64,000 nt of DNA. Source: Tubiluchus corallicola (lineage: Eukaryota > Animalia > Priapulida). The DNA is taken from contig JAQGDQ010000002.1 of assembly GCA_030141605.1 (NCBI GenBank), positions 620,001-684,000 of the forward strand, in the 5' to 3' direction. The position numbers and the translations under genes were made by a program. The notes beneath the pieces are model-generated. The model was given only the letters and a program-made list of their open reading frames with translations, was not told the origin of the DNA and did not search any database. The first letter of the stretch is position 1; every line of letters starts with the position of its first letter. Of the stretch, positions 58,097-64,000 are shown one piece after another.

Positions 58097-58750
58097 GTCA
58101 AAGGTCAAGGACACTGGACATTGGTCAGTTTTCGATTGTCATTGTCATTCAACTCGTCCTAGGGCTCAATTTTATAAGTACTGTGGGTAGATGTGTACCT
58201 GGGCATTTAAAAAACTGGAATTATTTATGGGCCCAAGATAGGAGCCAAAATGCATAACATTTTATTGAATAGCTCCAAAACTGTGTTAAATAAAACTTGT
58301 AAGTAGTAAGGAGTAATAAAACTTGTTGCAGGACAGACATTTCCCGGGCTAAGAGGCTAGGAGCTCAGGCAATGGTATAGATAAACAAGTTGGATTTGTT
58401 TAAGAACAAGAGCCAAAAATACATTCATGGAAGTTAATGCATTCGGTTTTAATTCATGTAAACTCACAAGAGAGTTATAATCACGAAATCTGTATGGTAG
58501 GCACCTGGGGTTCTAAAAATGGGTAAACCGTGAGCGCTGTCAACGGGTCAAGGACACTAGACATTTGTCCATTTCTGTTCTCGCAAGATACCTAGTAGGA
58601 GCCTTAAACTGGAGTAGTGAACAGAACAGTGGCCGCAGTCAACGGGTCAAGGATGCTGGATATCAATCAGCATCTTGATTGCCATTTAACTTCTCCTAGG
58701 CATTTGAGGTACATTCAATTTTTTTCATAAGTATTTAGGTATTGTGGGTT
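58097..58750. repeat. Three diverged dispersed copies of a gtcaa(a/c)gg(g)tcaagga..ct.ga unit
   Basis: Copies at ~58097, ~58539 and ~58638; copies 1 and 3 share further downstream similarity (cctagg..tcaatttt..ataagta..tgtgggt). Confidence 0.65.
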
Positions 58751-59454
58751 AATAATCGACCAGATATAGTCAAGTGTGAACATGATAACGACGGTTGTGT
58801 GGTATGGTGTGGTGTGGTGAGTTGTTGTGAGTTTCTGCGCAAAATTATTTTGCAGGGTTTGGCTAGTAATTATTATTATTTACCTGCGTCACAGTTATCC
58901 TGAAATATAATAGTTTATAACAGTAAAACAACAAGACATACTACCTATCTGTGTATATAAACCATAATTAAATTAGCATATCATGAAATGTGTTAGTTTG
59001 CAGTTTTTTACAACTGCATTAAAAAGAGAAAACCGCTTCTATCAATTTTGTTTACAATTTCATTCATCGGTCGTATTTTACTTCATAGCATTTTGAATCA
59101 TACTTAGTTTTGACGACAATCAATATGATTTTTTACTGCAACAGCATGTTTTTTTTCGGGCAAAATTAACTGGATTACAGATCAGTAAACCGAAACTTCG
59201 GGGATGCGCAAAGATGTTTTACTTCCCAGAAAACGAAAATTCTTCGAGTGTTAATCTTTGCCCCGGGCAATATGTAGAAATAAAATGCTGAAAGAAAGTG
59301 CATAAAAAATTTCACATACCATTATACCTCTTCTAGGTATTTCCTTTTACAGTTCGTTGACGAGTGAAGAGCAGAGAAACGAATTAAATTTATTTTTATA
59401 GTAAAAATTATCGTCAGTTATGCGACAGTTATGCAGCACTAGTATATATAAGCT

Positions 59455-59870
59455 GACAGATAAACAGATGAGAAGATAGCCAGAGAGAGAAAAGGAGACC
59501 CCGGACAGTTGATAACAAAAAGACAACGAAAGCGAAGGAAATACATGTGAAACAGATATTAAAAATAGAGAGAAGTCTAAAAAAGAATGAAAAGAAATCC
59601 GAAGAATGAGAGGACGTGAGAAAGAATGGAGGAAAGACAATAAAAACGAAAGAGCGTAAAAGATATAAAAAGACTGCCATGAAGCGAGAGCAAAAGGTAA
59701 CAAAGAGGAATGGGTACAGGAACGAGGAAAAGAAAGAGAAGACGATGGAAAAAGAATGAAAGAAAGAGAGACGAAAAAAGGAGAGAGAAGAAGTAAGAGA
59801 GCGGAAGGAGAGACAGAGAGTGAGTGAGAGAGAAAGAGAGAGAAAGAGAGACAGACAGACAGAGAGATTA
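59455..59870. repeat. Purine-rich degenerate (GA/GAAA) low-complexity tract
   Basis: Direct reading; explains the two long S/F/L-rich minus-strand ORFs. Confidence 0.85.
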
Positions 59871-60716
59871 AGTTGATAAAGCAAACCACTTGAGTGTCTA
59901 TTAGTAAATCTTGTTTACTCCGAGAGTTTATCCTTTGCAATTTGTTTTATTGGTATGTAGTTAAGCAGCCGGGCTTTTATTTTGAATCAAAGCTATTTTC
60001 CAAATGGATTGAAGGTCAGCAGCACCACGCCCCACGCACTAATAAACGATGATGCCACAATTAGATATACATTAGGCGCGTGGGTCATTTCGTGCTGTGT
60101 GCTATTCATTAATCAACGTACTTACACGAAGCTCTGCCCCAGTCGACTTGATGTCAACTAGTCTAGTAATAGCATTAAAAGCGTCCAGATTTACAGGCGT
60201 GTTTAGGTGCTAATTTGAAGTTGTTCAGCCGTTGCAAATGTAGCATTCTGTCTTCACTACCCTGTTGTGTAATAGGCTCTTCTATCTTGTTGCCGCATTC
60301 AACTGACCTAAATTAAGGTATAGTTTAGTAGAGATAGATCTCTCTATTGATGCGATGGCTTTATTTGTGATCAATAGTAGTTGTGATTGGACGCACGAGG
60401 CACAGTGACTGAGGCCGTATGCAACGTAGAATGTCCGCATTCTGTTTGTGCAAGTACATGTACATGTGCACTACACAAACGCGCTATTATTTTAGAAAGC
60501 TGTGCGGTGAATTCTGCTGCAAGCAGAACAAATTATTCATTACTTTGCCATATTTTTCACGAAATTCGCCGCTTCTCGTCGTCTTCCTGGAAGATCTTTA
60601 AGTAGGCAACGATCGACGTAATCGCTAGCCGAGAACAGCGTTTTTTGATTCACACAATAGCCTTTGGTTTCAAGTGGCGACCATATTGCCGATCATTAAT
60701 GTGAATTGTGTGTGGC

Positions 60717-60758
60717 CACCGTAAATGCACGTCTTCCGGGCACCGTAAATGCACGTCT
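60717..60758. repeat. Direct repeat, 2 x 18 bp, 24-bp period
   Basis: caccgtaaatgcacgtct-tccggg-caccgtaaatgcacgtct. Confidence 0.85.
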
Positions 60759-61642
60759 CTACATTGCCGAGAAATCATAAAGTTAATTTAGAGCGACAGC
60801 AATAGATGCTAGGTTTAATGCACTTAGTGCTGCCACTCCAGTAAAAAATTCTTAGTCTTGTTTGTACTGTACAAATCAAATCACACGTGAAAATACAAAA
60901 GAACGCAATTGAAAACAAAAGTTGCAGCGTTCAACCACCTAAAGTTTTTAGTATGCCTGATTGGATACGTAGTACGTAATACGTAGTATACGTAATTAAC
61001 AGAAGATAAGAAATTTTATTTAATTATTATTATTTACTTATTGTTTAGTTCTCGAGGAACTAGTACAGCTTACAAAAGTGGGTATTAAAATAGAAAAAAG
61101 TAGTAGTTCTTGAATAAGATAGAAAAACGAGGCGGTCCGAGCACCCACATCAAACAAATTAAAAAAACCAGAAATTAAAACCGAATGCAAACCCTAAAAT
61201 TAATAATCTTACATGGATTTTAGAAAACGATGCAAACTGACAAAATTTAGCAAAAACATAGGCCAAAGCACAGTACCATTTTTTACATCTTACGTTCCAA
61301 AAACTAAACTCTGTTATGTGACTTGCCAGAATTTTACCTTTCAATAATTTAGCAAGAAGAAAATTGGTGACCAAATTTATACGAACTTACATTACGAAGT
61401 AGACAAACGAAAATCAAAGGCAACAACAAATCTGGGTAAATAAAGCAGCAAATTACGTGCGACAAAAATAGGCTGTTTTTTGTGAAACATGTCTAAAGCA
61501 AGTTACAGAAAACGCGTTTTTACCGCTTCAGCGTACGTTGTCCTATAGAAAGCAATTAGTCGCATCTCATATCGCAGCGAAACGCGTTTTTGTCTTAAGT
61601 GTAGGTATGTTTCTGGCTTATAGTGGCACATAGTGCAGTACC

Positions 61643-61702
61643 GCTGTAGTGTTATGGTTAGCCGAAATGCGGAAAGTCTTGAGTTTAAATCCCAATGGAG
61701 AG
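61643..61702 (+). mobile_element. Degenerate tRNA-like SINE head
   Basis: tagtgttatggttagc ... gagtttaaatccc resemble A and B boxes; the spacing is truncated. Confidence 0.35.
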
Positions 61703-64000
61703 GAAAAATGTTCAGACTCTAATTTAGTATAGCTTTCATGCGCTTATATGATTACATTGACAATTTACCATCGAATGAAATTCTTTTGCGTCTCCGAAAA
61801 AGGCACGACGGTGCTACGATTCTGTGATCTGTAATAATTTAAATGCTAGAGTCGATAAAATGTCTCTTTTCGTGACTTTAGATTTTTACAGAGCTACGGT
61901 TCTTTGGTTTTTATTCAAATAAACAGACCATTTCCTGCACTGCACTCTTAATGAAGCTTATTACCAAAGCCAAAGTAGGTAGAAAAACCTACTTTGGCAA
62001 ATATCAACAAAATTTGTTAGTTCCAAATTTATTTAAGTACTTTTGCTTAGCAGCAGAAATTTTAGCTCAAGTTTAGATTTGGGTGTGTTTCAAATCAAAT
62101 GAAGCCAGTTTTACAAAACAAATTTGTGTGTTTACTCAAGGAAACCTGAAAATTTTTGTCTGCACAATTAATTAATTAAGAATTATATAATTAAATAATT
62201 AACTGTATTTCTTAACCTAGAAATAGCTTTCTTAACTGGAGCCGGAGCCTAATTCATCAAGCCCGTTTTTTACACTTACCTGACATTAGAAAGATTCATA
62301 ATGGATGGACTTTAAATATTTATGATACACAATTTATACATGTCATTGGGAAGTTTACATTCGTCTGACAGGTGACCTCACACTAATTTTTTATAAAACT
62401 AAATTCTGAACATTGTTTTAGAGATAACATGGCATGGCTAGATTTTATTTGTTTACCAAAATTCAAAAATTCTGTTTAGATCTAAATCCTGTCACACAGT
62501 TTGATTACGATGCCATGTTTTATAAAATAACTAACTGACATTATGGATTACTAAGAACATGATAACAAGTTTCTAAGAAAAAAATTGAAAAACAGCCAAA
62601 CTCGGCAAACAATATTGATAAACACTAATGTTTCTTATAGCGATTTTCAACAGTATACCACAACACCCCCACACCCCTCCGAAACGCGTGGTTGCCACTC
62701 CAGAGTTAATTAACTACACAGCATACTAACCTTCGGTCAACCGCTTCACTTGAATAGCCTTCACGTTTTATAACGACTACTGTGTTTATTAATTTTGTGC
62801 TTTGCTATAATTATTTTACTGCTTATGTGCTCTGTTATGTTCTATTACTTTATATGTGGCGTTAGCGACATAGTATTCACTTGAAGTTTGAAGCCCGAAC
62901 TTTGGTCTACTTCATAAGCATCCAAATAGCATCAATAGCTGCCCTGAGTGCTTACTGCTCAATATGCATGGCTGACGTAATAAATTCCCTCCACAACTAA
63001 AGTGTTCTACGTTAATTAAACATTTTTGATTGGTAATCAGTATTTTTGAATTTACCCTGAAGGTATGATTTAATTTCTACATCCGACAACGCTCACTCCA
63101 TAATCAGTGCTCAAAAATCAGTCAGTCTCGCACTTTTTAAATACTCACTCTATAATCATTTGGTCTCGATATCTTTACATATACATCATGGTCAATGATC
63201 AGCAATAATCGGTTTCTATATATCAGGGATAAACAATCGATACCATTAAAAATGTGAAACGAGGCATTAGCTGTACAGAAAATCACTGCTTTTGCTTAAT
63301 ATTGGCTTGCTGATTCTCAGTTGTTGGACAACGTTTCTTTACAAACAGATCACGCTTATATTTCATCTTTTGTTTGTGTAAAATTAAGTTAAAGTGTTTT
63401 GCTGTCATCATTTGTATTGATGTTAAGGATGTGTCACTACACGAGCAACTGAATTATATTAATTTTTGCATTTTTTCAGAGAAAAATGTGATGGCTGTTC
63501 TTTTTGTGTTAAGTAAAACATTCAAATAAACGTGTATGCTAATCGTACAGAGTTATATTAACGGTATTCGGTTTGCGTACTAAGTTTCACGACAGTGGCC
63601 GCCTTTTTATCTGAGAAACGCATTTATGCAAACTTGCATCTATCATCATTGCTGTGTGCTTTAACAAAGTCAAATGCCATTTGCAGATCGCAGCTCATGT
63701 TTATTTTATGAAACTTACGCAATGCCGGCTTCGTTACAATAATAATTATGTTGTTTATCAAAGTTCGCGGCATATTGAATTGATGTATTCTGTGTCTTAA
63801 TTCGCTTTTAATCTAAGTAATAGGTATAAGACAGAAGCAATGCACAAAGTTATTTTGCAAAACCAGATTTGCTGTAATTATCGCGGAAAACTGAGCAAGG
63901 CAATTAATAAGTAGTCACCTGGTTCACAAAAGAATGGAAGCAAATAAGCTGTTACATGTTAAACCACGAGGACAGAATAAAGTCCATCCCTTTTGGAGAG

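Noticed and set aside
59347-59940. 197-aa and 151-aa hydrophobic minus-strand ORFs
   Set aside because: They are translations of a GA-rich low-complexity tract (S/L/F bias) with no domain motifs.
63480-63516. Candidate second exon of the 56564 GPCR after a good polypyrimidine/AG
   Set aside because: The required phase-2 frame hits a stop after ~11 codons and has no TM4 Trp motif.

Overview
AT-rich, intron-rich eukaryotic DNA, most likely an invertebrate animal; the species cannot be determined from the sequence. By hand splicing I find four protein-coding loci. (1) The last five exons of a CDKL1-type kinase (+, 3049-9990). (2) A complete 16-coding-exon, ~756-aa leishmanolysin-family (M8) metallopeptidase (-, 34804-17313). 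It resembles vertebrate CIROP/LMLN2, with signal peptide, RHKR furin site, HELFHALGF zinc motif, a SEA-like juxtamembrane module and a TM helix, and one intron appears to use a GC donor. (3) An intronless 417-aa FMRFamide/Srw-type class A GPCR nested antisense inside an intron of that peptidase (+, 19558-20811). (4) The first coding exon of a second neuropeptide-type GPCR (+, 56564-57009), with an ETS/TATA/Inr core promoter. The rest holds decayed retroelements (Gypsy pol, CR1/L2 LINEs, Penelope-like), tRNA-derived SINE relics, hairpin/MITE-like inverted repeats, short tandem duplications and microsatellites. Most short ORFs in the track are spurious. Family assignments come from remembered motifs, not database searches.
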